From Methanocaldococcus indicus (GTDB taxonomy: Archaea; AGJL01; Methanococci; Methanococcales; Methanocaldococcaceae), in contig NZ_CP186926.1 of NCBI RefSeq assembly GCF_049554935.1, positions 224,001-288,000 of the forward strand: a stretch of 64,000 nt of DNA, given 5' to 3'. The notes below the pieces were generated by a model. It saw only the letters and a program-made list of their open reading frames with translations. It was not told the origin of the DNA and searched no databases. Below are positions 52,566 to 63,423 of this stretch, piece by piece. Position numbers and translations under genes: made by a program. Each line of letters begins with the position of its first letter. Position 1 is the stretch's first letter.

Positions 52566-53444
52566 ATTATTACAAAACTTTTAAAGAATTTAAAAGAAGC
52601 AAAAGATGAAGATTTTAAAATTTTAAAAATAATTGAGTTAGAGATGAGAAGGCATGAATGGGTTCCTTTGGATGTTATAGTTAGAAGAGCTAATATGCCT
52701 GAGAAGGATGTTCTATATAGATTAAAAAGATTAAATAAATTTGAGTTTGTTGTTAGGAGTACTTATGGATATGCAGTTTCTGGGATGGGATATGATGCAT
52801 TAGCTTTGAATGCTCTCTATAAGAAAGGAATTTTAAAAGCTATTGGAAATAAATTGGGAGTTGGAAAAGAAGGAGATGTATATCTTGTTTTATTAAATGA
52901 TGATAGAGAAGCTGTATTAAAATTCCATAAGCATGGAAAGACATGTTTTACAAGAAGTAAGAGATATAGAGACTATTTAGCAGATAAACATCATATTAGC
53001 TGGCTGTATGTTTCAAGATTATCAGCAGAGAGAGAGTATAATATCTTAAATGAGTTGTTTCCATTAGTTAAAGTCCCAGAACCAATAGCTTGGAATAGAC
53101 ATGCAATAATTTTAGGAAAAGTAGAAGGAGAAGAATTAAAAAGAATTGATTTGGAAAAATTTTTAACAAAAGATGAAATAAAAAAACTGTTTTATGATGT
53201 TGTTGAAGAGATTAAAAAGGCTTATGATATTGGATACATTCATGGAGATTTAAGTGAATTCAATATTTTATACAATGGGGAGGATTTTGTAATAATTGAT
53301 TGGCCACAGGCAATAGAAAAGTATCATCCAGAGGCAGATTTTTATTTGAAGAGAGATATACACAATGTATGTAGATATTTTAAAAAGTATAAAATAGACA
53401 TTGATGAAAATAAAATATTTAAATATGTTAAAGGGATAGAATGA
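52566..53444 (+). CDS. rio2: RIO2 kinase; probable ATT start at 52566 (first ATG at 52644)
   Basis: Rio2 winged helix [47 protein letters not shown]. Confidence 0.9.
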   Translation: MITKLLKNLKEAKDEDFKILKIIELEMRRHEWVPLDVIVRRANMPEKDVLYRLKRLNKFEFVVRSTYGYAVSGMGYDALALNALYKKGILKAIGNKLGVGKEGDVYLVLLNDDREAVLKFHKHGKTCFTRSKRYRDYLADKHHISWLYVSRLSAEREYNILNELFPLVKVPEPIAWNRHAIILGKVEGEELKRIDLEKFLTKDEIKKLFYDVVEEIKKAYDIGYIHGDLSEFNILYNGEDFVIIDWPQAIEKYHPEADFYLKRDIHNVCRYFKKYKIDIDENKIFKYVKGIE

Positions 53445-53743
53445 GAATTCTTGGAGTTATTGGCTATTTATTAGTTTTTTTAAAGGCAATAACTGAGGCA
53501 TGGATAGATACAGTTAGAATAAGCATTAATGGAGACATAAAACCTGAGATAGTAGAAATAAAATCTATAATTGATAGTCCAGCTGGATTAGTTTTATTAG
53601 GTTGGAGTATAACAGCCACACCAGGAACATTGGTTATTGATATAGATGAAAAAAATAAAATATTAAAAGTAGCTTCTATATATCCAAGAAAAAGAGAGGA
53701 TATAGTGCCATTTGAACCATATATTAAAAAGATTTTTGATTAA
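53441..53743 (+). CDS. MnhE-like protein, probably energy-converting hydrogenase B subunit A
   Basis: [23 protein letters not shown]. Confidence 0.7.
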   Translation: MRILGVIGYLLVFLKAITEAWIDTVRISINGDIKPEIVEIKSIIDSPAGLVLLGWSITATPGTLVIDIDEKNKILKVASIYPRKREDIVPFEPYIKKIFD

Positions 53744-53763
53744 AAACATATGGAGGATGAAAA

Positions 53764-54225
53764 ATGAACATATCTTTTGAAGATATATTTAATGAAGTTT
53801 TTAAGCATATGAAATATTTTACTCCAGAGGAGAGTGATTATTCTAAGTTAGTTGAGTATAAAGACAAAGTTAAAGATGTTATTAATGAAGTTGTAGATGA
53901 AGTCTTTGAGGATATATTTAGATATGAAGAAACAAAAAATATTTTTGATATAAATAAAAAAGATGAATTAAAAGAAGACTTTGAAAAATGGATTATAAGT
54001 TTTTTTGATATTCATAATGCAAATGAATTAAATGAATTTTATAAAAATGTTGTCAAAAGAGGAATAAAATTTGTTGAGTATGAATTTCTTCCAGAATATC
54101 TTACAGCTATTTTAATGAAAATTGATGATATGAACTTTGAAAGGAAGGTTTTAGATTATATTGGGATTAATAAAAATCTTAAACATAATACTATCAAATT
54201 ATCAATAAAAAAGATGAATCTATAA
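53764..54225 (+). CDS. Stand-alone sensor-globin/protoglobin-like domain, atypical
   Basis: Globin-sensor pattern: F...D...L, VVD.VFE.IF...ET..IF, L...F..WI..FF, FY..V.K.G..FV....PEY; proximal His position holds Phe. Confidence 0.55.
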   Translation: MNISFEDIFNEVFKHMKYFTPEESDYSKLVEYKDKVKDVINEVVDEVFEDIFRYEETKNIFDINKKDELKEDFEKWIISFFDIHNANELNEFYKNVVKRGIKFVEYEFLPEYLTAILMKIDDMNFERKVLDYIGINKNLKHNTIKLSIKKMNL

Positions 54226-54247
54226 ATATTTTTAAAGAGGATAAGCT

Positions 54248-54718
54248 ATGTTAATTGGAATATTATCAGATACACATATTCCAGATAGAGCCTATTCTCT
54301 ACCAAAAACTATATTTGATATATTTTCAACAGTTGATTTAATAATACATTGTGGAGATATAACTGATAGAGAGGTTTTAGATAGTTTAGAAGATTTAACT
54401 AATGTTGTTGCAGTTAAAGGGAATATGGATTATCTTGATTTACCAAAAAAAGAAATATTAAATATTGATAACTTAAAGATAGGAGTAATACATGGAGACA
54501 TTATTTATCCAAGAGGAGATTTATTGAAATTGAAATTGTTGGCTAAGGAGATGGGGGTTGATGTTTTGATATCTGGGCACACACATATCCCATTTATTGA
54601 AAAGAGAGATATACTATTACTAAATCCTGGCTCTCCAACTGTTCCAAGATGTCCATTAAAAAGTGTCATGACTTTTGACACTGAAAATAAAGAAGCAAAA
54701 TTAATAATTATTGAGTGA
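54248..54718 (+). CDS. YfcE/Vps29-like metallophosphoesterase
   Basis: SDTH, HCGD, V.GNMD, HG, SGHTH, NPGS. Confidence 0.92.
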   Translation: MLIGILSDTHIPDRAYSLPKTIFDIFSTVDLIIHCGDITDREVLDSLEDLTNVVAVKGNMDYLDLPKKEILNIDNLKIGVIHGDIIYPRGDLLKLKLLAKEMGVDVLISGHTHIPFIEKRDILLLNPGSPTVPRCPLKSVMTFDTENKEAKLIIIE

Positions 54719-54724
54719 AGTAAT

Positions 54725-54895
54725 ATGGAAATCAAAATTTTAGATAATTGTGTAGGTTGTGGAACCTGTGTATTCTCCTGTCAAAAGAGAGCAATAAGAA
54801 CTTATGGAAGAGCATATATAGACAAAGAAAAATGTGTATTATGTAAGATTTGTATAAAATACTGTCCAATAAAAGCAATTAAATTAGAAAATTGA
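54725..54895 (+). CDS. 2[4Fe-4S] ferredoxin, 56 aa (below the ORF-track cutoff)
   Basis: MEIKILDNCVGCGTCVFSCQKRAIRTYGRAYIDKEKCVLCKICIKYCPIKAIKLEN; two CxxCxxCxxxC motifs. Confidence 0.9.
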   Translation: MEIKILDNCVGCGTCVFSCQKRAIRTYGRAYIDKEKCVLCKICIKYCPIKAIKLEN

Positions 54896-54915
54896 AAATT
54901 AAGAGGGATTGGGTT

Positions 54916-55527
54916 ATGTATATTGGAAGATTCTTGGTAGTAGGTAAAACAAAAGAAGGAAATAACTTTTTAGCTTATAGAGTATCAAGTAGAAGTTTTC
55001 CCAATAGAATTGCTAAAATTTTTGGAAATTCAATATCAATAATTCCAAAAAATTTGGATGAAATATTCAAAAATCCATATATTTGTTATAATTGCATAAA
55101 AGTTGTAGATAATGTTGTTGTTGGTAGTAATGGGTCTCATACTGATTTTATAGCTGAAAAGCTACATTATGGATATAGAGATGCATTAGCATCAGTTTTG
55201 TTGTCTATGGATTATGAAAAGGATGAATATGGAACTCCAAGAATTGCAGGAATAGTTGATAAAGACAGATGTTTTTTAGGATATGTTAAGGAGGACAGTA
55301 TAAGAGTTGCAAAATTTAATTTAAAAGAGAGTGGTATTGGATACTACTTAGGAGTATATAACTCTTGTAAGATAACAAAAAAGCAAAAAATAGAAGTTCC
55401 ATATAATTCTGCTGAGGAAATAGCAGAGTATATATTAAATTATAAGGATTTTGAGCACCCAGTTGCCTGTGGGGTAGCTCTTATAAAAGATAATGATGTA
55501 GAATTAGCAGTTAAAAACAAAAATTAA
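54916..55527 (+). CDS. purO: Archaeal IMP cyclohydrolase
   Basis: MYIGRF, YRVSSRSFPNR, NPYI.YNC, SNGSHTD, DYEKD.Y.TPRI. Confidence 0.95.
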   Translation: MYIGRFLVVGKTKEGNNFLAYRVSSRSFPNRIAKIFGNSISIIPKNLDEIFKNPYICYNCIKVVDNVVVGSNGSHTDFIAEKLHYGYRDALASVLLSMDYEKDEYGTPRIAGIVDKDRCFLGYVKEDSIRVAKFNLKESGIGYYLGVYNSCKITKKQKIEVPYNSAEEIAEYILNYKDFEHPVACGVALIKDNDVELAVKNKN

Positions 55528-55542
55528 TTTATAGATTTAAAC

Positions 55543-56418
55543 TTATTTTGTTATCATTGTTCCTATACCTTCTTCTGTAAATATTTCTAATAGGAGAGCA
55601 TGCTGTTTTTTTCCATTTATTATATGGACAGATTTAACTCCCTTTTTAAGAGCATTTATTGCTGCTTCTGCCTTAGGTATCATACCTCCTTTAATTACTC
55701 CTTTTTCATTTAAATTTTCTAATTCATCCAATGTTAATCTTCTATAAAGAGTATTTGGGTCTTTTGGATTCTCCATTATTCCATCTACATCAGTAATTAA
55801 AATTAATTTTTCAGCTTTTAATGCTCCAGCAATGTCTCCTGCAACTGTATCAGCATTTAAATTGTATGCTTCTCCTTTTGTATCTATTCCTATTGGAGAT
55901 ATAACAGGAATGTAGTTGTTATTTATTAAAATCTCTAAAAGTTCTGTATTAACTTCAACTGTCTCTCCTACTTTTCCTAAATCAACTTCAACATGCTCTC
56001 CTTTGTCATTTTTAATATACTTCTTCTTTTTCTTAGCTAAAATTATTCTTCCAGATTTTCCTGATAATCCAACAGCTTTTCCACCATATTTGGAAATCTT
56101 AGAGACAATATCCCCATTTATTTTTCCAACCAACACCATCTCAACAATATCCAAAGTTTCCTCATCAGTCACTCTCAATCCATGAACAAACTCTGGCTTT
56201 TTTCCCATTTTTTCCATAGCCTTATTTATCTCTGGGCCACCACCATGGACAACAATAGGTTTAATACCAACATATTTTAATAGAACAATATCCTGGGCTG
56301 TTAGATTTTTAGCAGTTTTATCAATCATTGCATGTCCTCCATACTTAATAACAAAAACTTTATCATGAAATTTTTGTATAAATGGCAATGCCTCCAATAA
56401 AATCTTAGCTTTTTGCAA
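55543..56418 (-). CDS. argB: Acetylglutamate kinase
   Basis: EALPFI, KYGGHAM, VHGGGP, GLRVTD, NLNAD, GGMIPK, GIGT. Confidence 0.96.
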   Translation of the reverse strand: MQKAKILLEALPFIQKFHDKVFVIKYGGHAMIDKTAKNLTAQDIVLLKYVGIKPIVVHGGGPEINKAMEKMGKKPEFVHGLRVTDEETLDIVEMVLVGKINGDIVSKISKYGGKAVGLSGKSGRIILAKKKKKYIKNDKGEHVEVDLGKVGETVEVNTELLEILINNNYIPVISPIGIDTKGEAYNLNADTVAGDIAGALKAEKLILITDVDGIMENPKDPNTLYRRLTLDELENLNEKGVIKGGMIPKAEAAINALKKGVKSVHIINGKKQHALLLEIFTEEGIGTMITK

Positions 56419-56430
56419 ATTCTCACCAAA

Positions 56431-57678
56431 TTATAGTTTATTTGTTATGTATCCTTTAATAGCAGATATTGCAGCAACTTTTGGAGATGAAAGATAGACA
56501 TAACTCTCAGGATGACCCATTCTTCCCTTAAAGTTTCTGTTTGATGTTGATAGACAAACTTCTCCTTCTGCTAAAACACCTTGATGAGCTCCTAAGCAAG
56601 GACCACATCCTGGATTACAAACATAAGCTCCACTTTCTAAGAAAATCTTTATCAATCCTTCTTCCAAAGCTTTTAAATAAACTTTTTTAGATGCTGGAAT
56701 AACAACTAATCTAACATCTTTATGAATTTTTCTACCTTTTAAATATCTTGCTGCTATCCTTAAATCTTTCAATCTTCCATTTGTGCAACTACCAATAAAA
56801 ACCTGATTTATTTCAATTCCTTCAACATCTGATATATTTTTAGAATTAGCAGGAGAGTAAGGGACAGAAACTTGCTCCTCTATATCAGAAATATCAACAA
56901 CTACCTCTTTATAATAACTTTCATCTTCATCAACAGTTATTCTTTCTTTTTTTAATTTTAAAATTTCTTTATCTGATAAGTTCCTCTCATTTTTTAGATA
57001 GTTGTAAGTTATTTCATCAGCCTCAATAATTCCTGTTTTTGCCCCCATCTCAATAGCCATATTACATATTGTTAATCTATCATCCATATCCATTTCTTTA
57101 ACTAATCCATGGAATTCCAAAGCTTTATATATATTTCTTGTTCCTAAAATTTTGCAAGTATAAAGAATTATATCCTTAGCAGATAGCTCTTTATTTTCTC
57201 CAACTATCTCAACCTTAATAGTTTCAGGAATCTTTATCCAAGTTTTTCCTGTAGCATAAATATAAGCCATATCAGTAGCTCCAAATCCAGTAGAGAAAGC
57301 TCCAAAAGCTCCATGAGTGCAAGTGTGAGAATCACCACCAGCAACAAACATATTTGGTAAGATATAGCTTTCAGCTAAAACTTGATGACAAATTCCATCA
57401 TTCTTGTGGAAATTTTTTATATTATATTTTTTGACAAATTCCAAAGCCAACTTTTGTGTTTCAGCAGCTTTAACTGTATTAGGAGGAACATTGTGGTCAA
57501 ATACTATTACTATTTTATTACTATCCCAAACTTTATCACTCATCTCTCTCAAAGCTTTATAAGCTAATGGTGTAGAACCATCATGAGTCATAGCTAAATC
57601 AACATCAACCTCTATACTCTCTCCTTCTTCTACTCTTCTACCTAACTTTTTTGATAAAATCCTTTCAACTAAACTCAA
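56431..57678 (-). CDS. hacA: Methanogen homoaconitase large subunit
   Basis: HDG.TP, DHNVP, GICHQ, DSHTCT.GA, GSCTNGR, PGCGPC.G.H.G, NRNF.GR; resembles the AksD paralog rather than LeuC. Confidence 0.8.
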   Translation of the reverse strand: MSLVERILSKKLGRRVEEGESIEVDVDLAMTHDGSTPLAYKALREMSDKVWDSNKIVIVFDHNVPPNTVKAAETQKLALEFVKKYNIKNFHKNDGICHQVLAESYILPNMFVAGGDSHTCTHGAFGAFSTGFGATDMAYIYATGKTWIKIPETIKVEIVGENKELSAKDIILYTCKILGTRNIYKALEFHGLVKEMDMDDRLTICNMAIEMGAKTGIIEADEITYNYLKNERNLSDKEILKLKKERITVDEDESYYKEVVVDISDIEEQVSVPYSPANSKNISDVEGIEINQVFIGSCTNGRLKDLRIAARYLKGRKIHKDVRLVVIPASKKVYLKALEEGLIKIFLESGAYVCNPGCGPCLGAHQGVLAEGEVCLSTSNRNFKGRMGHPESYVYLSSPKVAAISAIKGYITNKL

Positions 57679-57861
57679 TATTTCACCAAAGGAATATTTT
57701 TAAAATTAAGAATATACTGAATAATTAAAACTATAATTTCTTTAAAATTTAAAAAAATAAAATAGTGCCTTATATACTTTTTTAAATCTTTAATTTAGAA
57801 CTTTAAAAAGAGAATTTTAATAATTTTAGTATTTCTACTCCTTATTTTAACCAAAAATAGT

Positions 57862-58430
57862 AATTCAATTACAAGATGGTCTTATTTTAACAACTCCTGA
57901 TGAGCATCTTTTATTTGCCAACTTAATTTCCATCCTCCAAGAGGCACGATTTTAACATATAAAAGCTTTAAATTTAAGTTGTGTTAAGACTTACTTTCCA
58001 TCCTCCAAGAGGCTCGATTTTAACCAAATCCAAAGTAAAGAACTTAAAACCACTATCAAATTCAGAGTTTCCATCCTCCAAGAGGGTCGATTTTAACTTA
58101 CAATATTGAGAGCAGTTCCTAAAAAAGAAAGTTCCATCCTCCAAGAGGCTCGATTTTAACGAAACTAATGAATTGATTTTAGAACATGAAGTTGTGTTCC
58201 ATCCTCCAAGAGGCTCGATTTTAACGGAGAATTACATAACTTCTGAGGATATAGAAATTCCAGGTTCCATCCTCCAAGAGGCTCGATTTTAACAACACTC
58301 ATATTGCTGTTAGTAACAATAATTGTAGGAGGTATGTTCCATCCTCCAAGAGGCTCGATTTTAACGTAGTTCCACATATAAATTATGGGAGTGATAAAAA
58401 GTTCCATCCTCCAAGAGGCTCGATTTTAAC
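57862..58430 (-). CRISPR. Orphan CRISPR array: 30-bp repeat GTTAAAATCGAGCCTCTTGGAGGATGGAA(C/A), 8 near-consensus repeats plus 1 degenerate trailer repeat, 8 spacers of 33-43 bp
   Basis: Repeats start at 57927, 57995, 58068, 58131, 58196, 58264, 58336 and 58401; degenerate copy at 57862-57891; CCTC-TTG-GAGG hairpin; decay increases leftwards, so the leader is on the right. Confidence 0.97.
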
Positions 58431-58800
58431 AGGAGGCACATTTTAGACATAATAACATTAACGACCTTCTCATATATAAGCTTTTCTACACAAAAATTTT
58501 TGAAGGGTAGGTTTCCCTATTTATTTATATACCTTCGAACTTTTATAAAAATCTTTCTATTTAATATTATTCCGTTAAAAACCGTCTATTCTCAAAAACT
58601 AAACCAATTTATCAAGGATTTTCAAATATTAAAATGAACAACAAAAAACTTTAAAAAATCTCAGTAAATTACATAATCAAAATATATAAAATATTCAAAA
58701 TACAGACCCCTTCGAATTTTTCTAAAAATCCTCTAAATTAAAAATATCCTTCTAAAATCAAATAAAATCAAAAAATAAAGATTTTTAGCGTGATAATTGT
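58431..58800 (-). promoter_or_regulatory. CRISPR leader
   Basis: Non-coding AT-rich stretch next to the conserved end of the array; minus-strand BRE/TATA GAAAAGCTTATATA at about 58473-58486; recurring CCTTCGAA/TTGAAGGG motifs; right boundary approximate. Confidence 0.7.
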
Positions 58801-58885
58801 CATCTGAATATTTAAATTAACGAAATAGTTAAGTTTTTATTAAGATTCTTTAAATTTTAAGATAAGACATCTATTAGGTGAAATA

Positions 58886-59539
58886 ATGAAGTTTTTCTTA
58901 GATACTGCAAATGTTGAAGAGATAAAAAAATATGCTGAGCTTGGTTTGGTTGATGGAGTTACAACAAATCCAACATTAGTAGCAAAGGAAGGAAGAGATT
59001 TTTATGAAGTTATTAAAGAGATTTGTGAAATTGTTGATGGTCCTGTAAGTGCAGAAGTAATTTCCTTAGAAGCAGATAAGATGGTTGAAGAGGCAAGAGA
59101 ACTATCTAAAATAGCTGATAATGTTGTTATAAAAATCCCTATGACAAGAGACGGAATGAAAGCTGTTAAGATTCTTTCAAAAGAAGGTATAAAAACAAAT
59201 GTTACACTTGTTTTCTCTCCTCTACAAGCTTTATTAGCTGCTAAGGCAGGAGCTACTTATGTCTCTCCATTTGTTGGAAGATTAGATGATATTGGCCATA
59301 CTGGAATGGAATTAATTGCTGATGTTGTTAATATATATAGAAACTATGATATTGAGACAGAGGTTATTGTTGCTTCTGTAAGACATCCAACACATGTATT
59401 AGAGGCAGCAAGATTAGGAGCAGATATTGCTACAATTCCTCCTGCAGTTATGGATAAGTTGTTTAACCATCCTTTAACTGATATAGGAATTGAGAGATTT
59501 TTAAAAGATTGGGAAAACTACTTAAAAAGTAGGAAATAA
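58886..59539 (+). CDS. tal: Transaldolase/fructose-6-phosphate aldolase
   Basis: [37 protein letters not shown]. Confidence 0.95.
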   Translation: MKFFLDTANVEEIKKYAELGLVDGVTTNPTLVAKEGRDFYEVIKEICEIVDGPVSAEVISLEADKMVEEARELSKIADNVVIKIPMTRDGMKAVKILSKEGIKTNVTLVFSPLQALLAAKAGATYVSPFVGRLDDIGHTGMELIADVVNIYRNYDIETEVIVASVRHPTHVLEAARLGADIATIPPAVMDKLFNHPLTDIGIERFLKDWENYLKSRK

Positions 59540-59566
59540 AATAATAATATTTATTTTGGTGAAAAA

Positions 59567-60706
59567 ATGGATAAATTATTAATGCTTCCAGGTCCTACAA
59601 TTGTTCCATCAGAGGTTTTATTAGCAATGGCTAAGCCCACAATTGGACATAGAAGTAAAGAGTTTGGAGAAATATTTTATGATACAATAGAAAAGTTAAA
59701 AAAAGTGTTTATAACTGAGAATGATACATTTATTGTAACTGGTTCAGGAACTGCTACAATGGATATGGCTATATCCAACATTATAAAAAAAGGAGATAAA
59801 GTTCTAACTATAATTACTGGAAACTTTGGGGAAAGATTTGCTAATATAGTAGAGAGTTATAAAGGAAAAGCTATTAAGTTAGAGTATGAATGGGGAGACT
59901 TAGCTAAACCAGAGGATGTTAAAGAGATTTTAGATAAAGAAGAAGATATAAAAGCTGTTACAATTGTCCATAATGAAACATCAACAGGAGCAAGAAACTA
60001 TATAGATAAGATTGGTAAGGTTGTTAAAGATTATGATGCCCTCTATATTGTAGATACTATTTCCTCATTAGGAGGAGATTATGTAAATGTTGATAAATTC
60101 CACATTGACATTTGTGTAACTGGCTCACAAAAATGTTTAGCAGCTCCTCCTGGATTGGCTGGAATAACTGTCAGTGAAAAAGCTTGGGAAGTTATAAATA
60201 AAAATGAAAATGAAAAAGTAGGATTTTATTTAGATTTAAAAGCTTATAAAAAATATTTAGAAAAGAAACAAAATCCTTACACACCAGCTGTGAATTTAAT
60301 TTATGCATTAAACAAAGCTCTTGAATTAGTTTTAGAGGAAGGTATAGAGAACAGAGTAAAAAGACATGAAAGATTAGCAAAAGCTACAAGAGCTGGATTA
60401 GAAGAGATGGGAATTGAGTTATTTGCTAAGGAAGAGGCAAGAAGTATAACAGTTACCTCTGCTAAATATCCTAATGGAATTGATGATAAGCTAAGAGAAA
60501 TTATGAACAAAAAATACAATATAGTTATAGCAGGAGGACAGAAACATCTTTCTGGAAAAATATTTAGAATAGGTCATATGGGAATTTGTGGAGAAAAAGA
60601 AATATTAGCTACTCTATCATGCTTAGAGTTAGCCTTAAAAGAATTAGGTTTTAATATAGAAGGTAGTGGAGTAGAAAAAGCAAAAGAGATTTTATCTAAA
60701 TTATAA
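59567..60706 (+). CDS. Class V PLP aminotransferase
   Basis: LM.PGPT, HRS..F, GSGT, HNETSTG, VD.ISS.GG, GSQKC...PPG, FRIGHMG. Confidence 0.9.
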   Translation: MDKLLMLPGPTIVPSEVLLAMAKPTIGHRSKEFGEIFYDTIEKLKKVFITENDTFIVTGSGTATMDMAISNIIKKGDKVLTIITGNFGERFANIVESYKGKAIKLEYEWGDLAKPEDVKEILDKEEDIKAVTIVHNETSTGARNYIDKIGKVVKDYDALYIVDTISSLGGDYVNVDKFHIDICVTGSQKCLAAPPGLAGITVSEKAWEVINKNENEKVGFYLDLKAYKKYLEKKQNPYTPAVNLIYALNKALELVLEEGIENRVKRHERLAKATRAGLEEMGIELFAKEEARSITVTSAKYPNGIDDKLREIMNKKYNIVIAGGQKHLSGKIFRIGHMGICGEKEILATLSCLELALKELGFNIEGSGVEKAKEILSKL

Positions 60707-60710
60707 CTTT

Positions 60711-61292
60711 TTATTTTTTCATTAATTTAAGTAATTCAGCTATTTTTTTACCTAAGTTTTTAGATGTTTCTATTCCAATTTTATCATTTTTACATTCTTC
60801 TGGAGCTTTTCCTACTCCTGTTCCTCCATAATGAGCTGTTGGTTCTCCATCTCCAACAACTATCATAGAGTGAATTAAGAAGAAGTTATGTATTTGTTGT
60901 ATTGTTGTCTCTTGTCCTCCATTTCTACTTGCTCCAACTGCAATAGCTCCTCCAATTTTGTTTTTTAGCTGAAATCCAACTCTTAAAGGTCTTGACCTAT
61001 CCATCAACATCTTCAATTGTGCTGAAACTCCTCCAAAATAAACAGGTGAGCCAAGTATTATAGCATCTGCTTCTTTCATTTTTTCTAATATATCATTTAT
61101 ATCATCAGATATTTCACATTTTCCTGTCTCTTTACATAAATCACAAGCTAAACATGGATTCATATCTTTATCAGATAAAGAGATAAATTCAACATCAATA
61201 CCTTCTTTTTTTATAACTTCTAATGCTTCTTTAACTAAAAATGAAGTATTCCCATGTGGTCTTGGACTTCCACTAATTCCTAACACTTTCAT
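60711..61292 (-). CDS. Iron-sulfur flavoprotein (Isf)
   Basis: SGSPR..GNT, CLACDLC.....C, SPVYFG, RNGGQE. Confidence 0.9.
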   Translation of the reverse strand: MKVLGISGSPRPHGNTSFLVKEALEVIKKEGIDVEFISLSDKDMNPCLACDLCKETGKCEISDDINDILEKMKEADAIILGSPVYFGGVSAQLKMLMDRSRPLRVGFQLKNKIGGAIAVGASRNGGQETTIQQIHNFFLIHSMIVVGDGEPTAHYGGTGVGKAPEECKNDKIGIETSKNLGKKIAELLKLMKK

Positions 61293-61957
61293 TTTTCTCC
61301 CTCCAATTCTTCCTCTTTGATTCTTTCTCCAGTTATCATATATACAATTCTATCTCCAATAGATGAAACTATATTACCACTTCTCTCTAAATACTTTCCA
61401 GCAAATATAATCTCTGTTGCAACAGTTAAGTTCTTTGAAGGATTTTCTAATATTTTACTTATCATACTTCTATATAACTCTTCATATAGCTCATCTAATT
61501 TTTTGTCCATATTATATACTTCTCTTGCTAAATCTTCATCCCTATTTTTAAATGCAATCATAGCATTTTTTATCATTAATATTAAGTAATCTTTCATAAC
61601 TAAGAGGAGTTGATTTTCTCTCTTTCCTTCATATTCAGATTTTAAAATAATTCTACATATCTTAGCTGCATTATCTCCAACCTTTTCTAACTTAGAAGAT
61701 ATTTTTATAGAGGTAAAAAGTTCTCTTAAATCTGATGAAACTGGATGATACAAAGCAAGAGCTTTTATACATTTTTCTTCTATTTTCATCTCTAATAAAT
61801 CTATTGCAGTATCTCTTTTTCTAATTTTTTTAGCTTCTTCTTTATCTCCATTTATAAAAGCCAATACTGCCTTTTCTGTTTGATCAATACATAAATCTGC
61901 CATTTCTAAAATGTCATTTTCAATCTCTTTTAAAATTTCTTCAAACTTCTTAGGCAT
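61289..61957 (-). CDS. phoU: Phosphate uptake regulator PhoU
   Basis: D..ID.LE..IE..C, PV.SDLR, LEKVGD.A, LER.G. Confidence 0.9.
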   Translation of the reverse strand: MPKKFEEILKEIENDILEMADLCIDQTEKAVLAFINGDKEEAKKIRKRDTAIDLLEMKIEEKCIKALALYHPVSSDLRELFTSIKISSKLEKVGDNAAKICRIILKSEYEGKRENQLLLVMKDYLILMIKNAMIAFKNRDEDLAREVYNMDKKLDELYEELYRSMISKILENPSKNLTVATEIIFAGKYLERSGNIVSSIGDRIVYMITGERIKEEELEGEK

Positions 61958-62603
61958 CTAAACTCACCTTCTGTCCAGTTGTGAAAAAATAAATATCATT
62001 TCTAAAATCAGTTATATAATTTTCAATCCTTTCAAGATACTTTCCAACTGTTGTTAATTCATTTACAAATGCAATATTAAAAACATCTTTAAATACTAAC
62101 TTCATCATTTCTCTATGTAGTTCCTTATAATATATCTTTTCAATCTTTTTGTGTATTTTATATATTTCATCAACAACTTCAATGTTATTATTTGTTATTC
62201 CAAGATATGAAAGTTTTAGCATTTTTTTAATAAGTTCTCTCATATTTCTTAAATAATTGTTGTTTCTATCAAAATTATAATCTGATTTTATTGTGATTCT
62301 ACAAATTTTCATTAAATTAATAATAATATGTTCAATAACTCTTATATATATAAATATAACAATAATAAACCTTAAATCTTTTGATACAGGTCTATATAAA
62401 CATAAAACTTTAACTGTCTTAGATTCTAAGGTATGCACTCTTTTGTAGAGATTATTTAATTTAATTATGCTGGATTTTGCCATTTCTTTATCAAAATTAA
62501 AATAAGAATCAGTAACTGACTCTAATAAATTTATTATATTCTCTGTCAAATTCTCAATATCTTCAACTATTTCATTACACACTTCATTAAATTTTATTGG
62601 CAT
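61950..62603 (-). CDS. Divergent PhoU paralog
   Basis: PVSKDLR, KYLERI; acidic metal-binding residues partly lost. Confidence 0.75.
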   Translation of the reverse strand: MPIKFNEVCNEIVEDIENLTENIINLLESVTDSYFNFDKEMAKSSIIKLNNLYKRVHTLESKTVKVLCLYRPVSKDLRFIIVIFIYIRVIEHIIINLMKICRITIKSDYNFDRNNNYLRNMRELIKKMLKLSYLGITNNNIEVVDEIYKIHKKIEKIYYKELHREMMKLVFKDVFNIAFVNELTTVGKYLERIENYITDFRNDIYFFTTGQKVSLDA

Positions 62604-62652
62604 ATTTACCACACAATTTCATATTTTGTGAATAAAAATAAAAAAATATAGT

Positions 62653-63411
62653 TTAACCAAATCTACCACTAATGTAGTCATCAGTTTCTTTCTTCTTAGG
62701 ATTTAAGAAGAGTTCATCTGTCTTATCAAATTCAATTAGTTTTCCCATTAAAAAGAAAGCTGTATAATCTGAAACTCTACTTGCCTGTTGCATATTGTGG
62801 GTAACAACAACAATTGTATAATCCTTGGCTAACTCAATCATTAACTCCTCTATCTTTTGAGTTGATATTGGGTCTAATGCAGATGTGGGCTCATCCATTA
62901 ATAAAACCTCTGGTTTAACAGCTATTGCCCTTGCAATACACAACCTTTGCTGTTGTCCTCCTGATAATGCAAAAGCATTTTTATCTAACTCATCCTTAAC
63001 CTCATCCCATAAAGCAGCTTTTTTTAATGCCCATTCAACTATCTTATCAAGCTCTTTCTTATCTCTAACTCCATGAATCCTTGGACCAAATGCAACATTG
63101 TCATAGATACTCATAGCAAAAGGATTAGGTTTTTGAAAAACCATTCCAACTCTTTTCCTTAAATCATAGACATCAACATCCTCATCATAGATATTTTTAT
63201 TATCTAATAGAACTTTTCCCTCAATTCTGACATTTGGAATTAAATCATTCAACCTATTCAAACATCTTAAAAATGTTGATTTTCCACAACCACTTGGTCC
63301 TATAAGTGCTGTTATCTTTTTTTCATAAATAGGCATTGTTATGTCATAAAGAGCTTGCTTATCTCCATACCATAAATTTAAATTAATTGTTTCCATCTTT
63401 TTCTTTTCCAT
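62653..63411 (-). CDS. pstB: Phosphate ABC transporter ATPase
   Basis: [49 protein letters not shown]. Confidence 0.97.
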   Translation of the reverse strand: MEKKKMETINLNLWYGDKQALYDITMPIYEKKITALIGPSGCGKSTFLRCLNRLNDLIPNVRIEGKVLLDNKNIYDEDVDVYDLRKRVGMVFQKPNPFAMSIYDNVAFGPRIHGVRDKKELDKIVEWALKKAALWDEVKDELDKNAFALSGGQQQRLCIARAIAVKPEVLLMDEPTSALDPISTQKIEELMIELAKDYTIVVVTHNMQQASRVSDYTAFFLMGKLIEFDKTDELFLNPKKKETDDYISGRFG

Positions 63412-63423
63412 ATTTTCACATCT

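Noticed and set aside
58165-58407. 80-aa ORF with repeated VKIEPLGGWN
   Set aside because: Translation of CRISPR repeats and spacers.
61289-62612. Tandem phoU genes as a novelty
   Set aside because: Duplicated phoU next to pst is common in methanogens.
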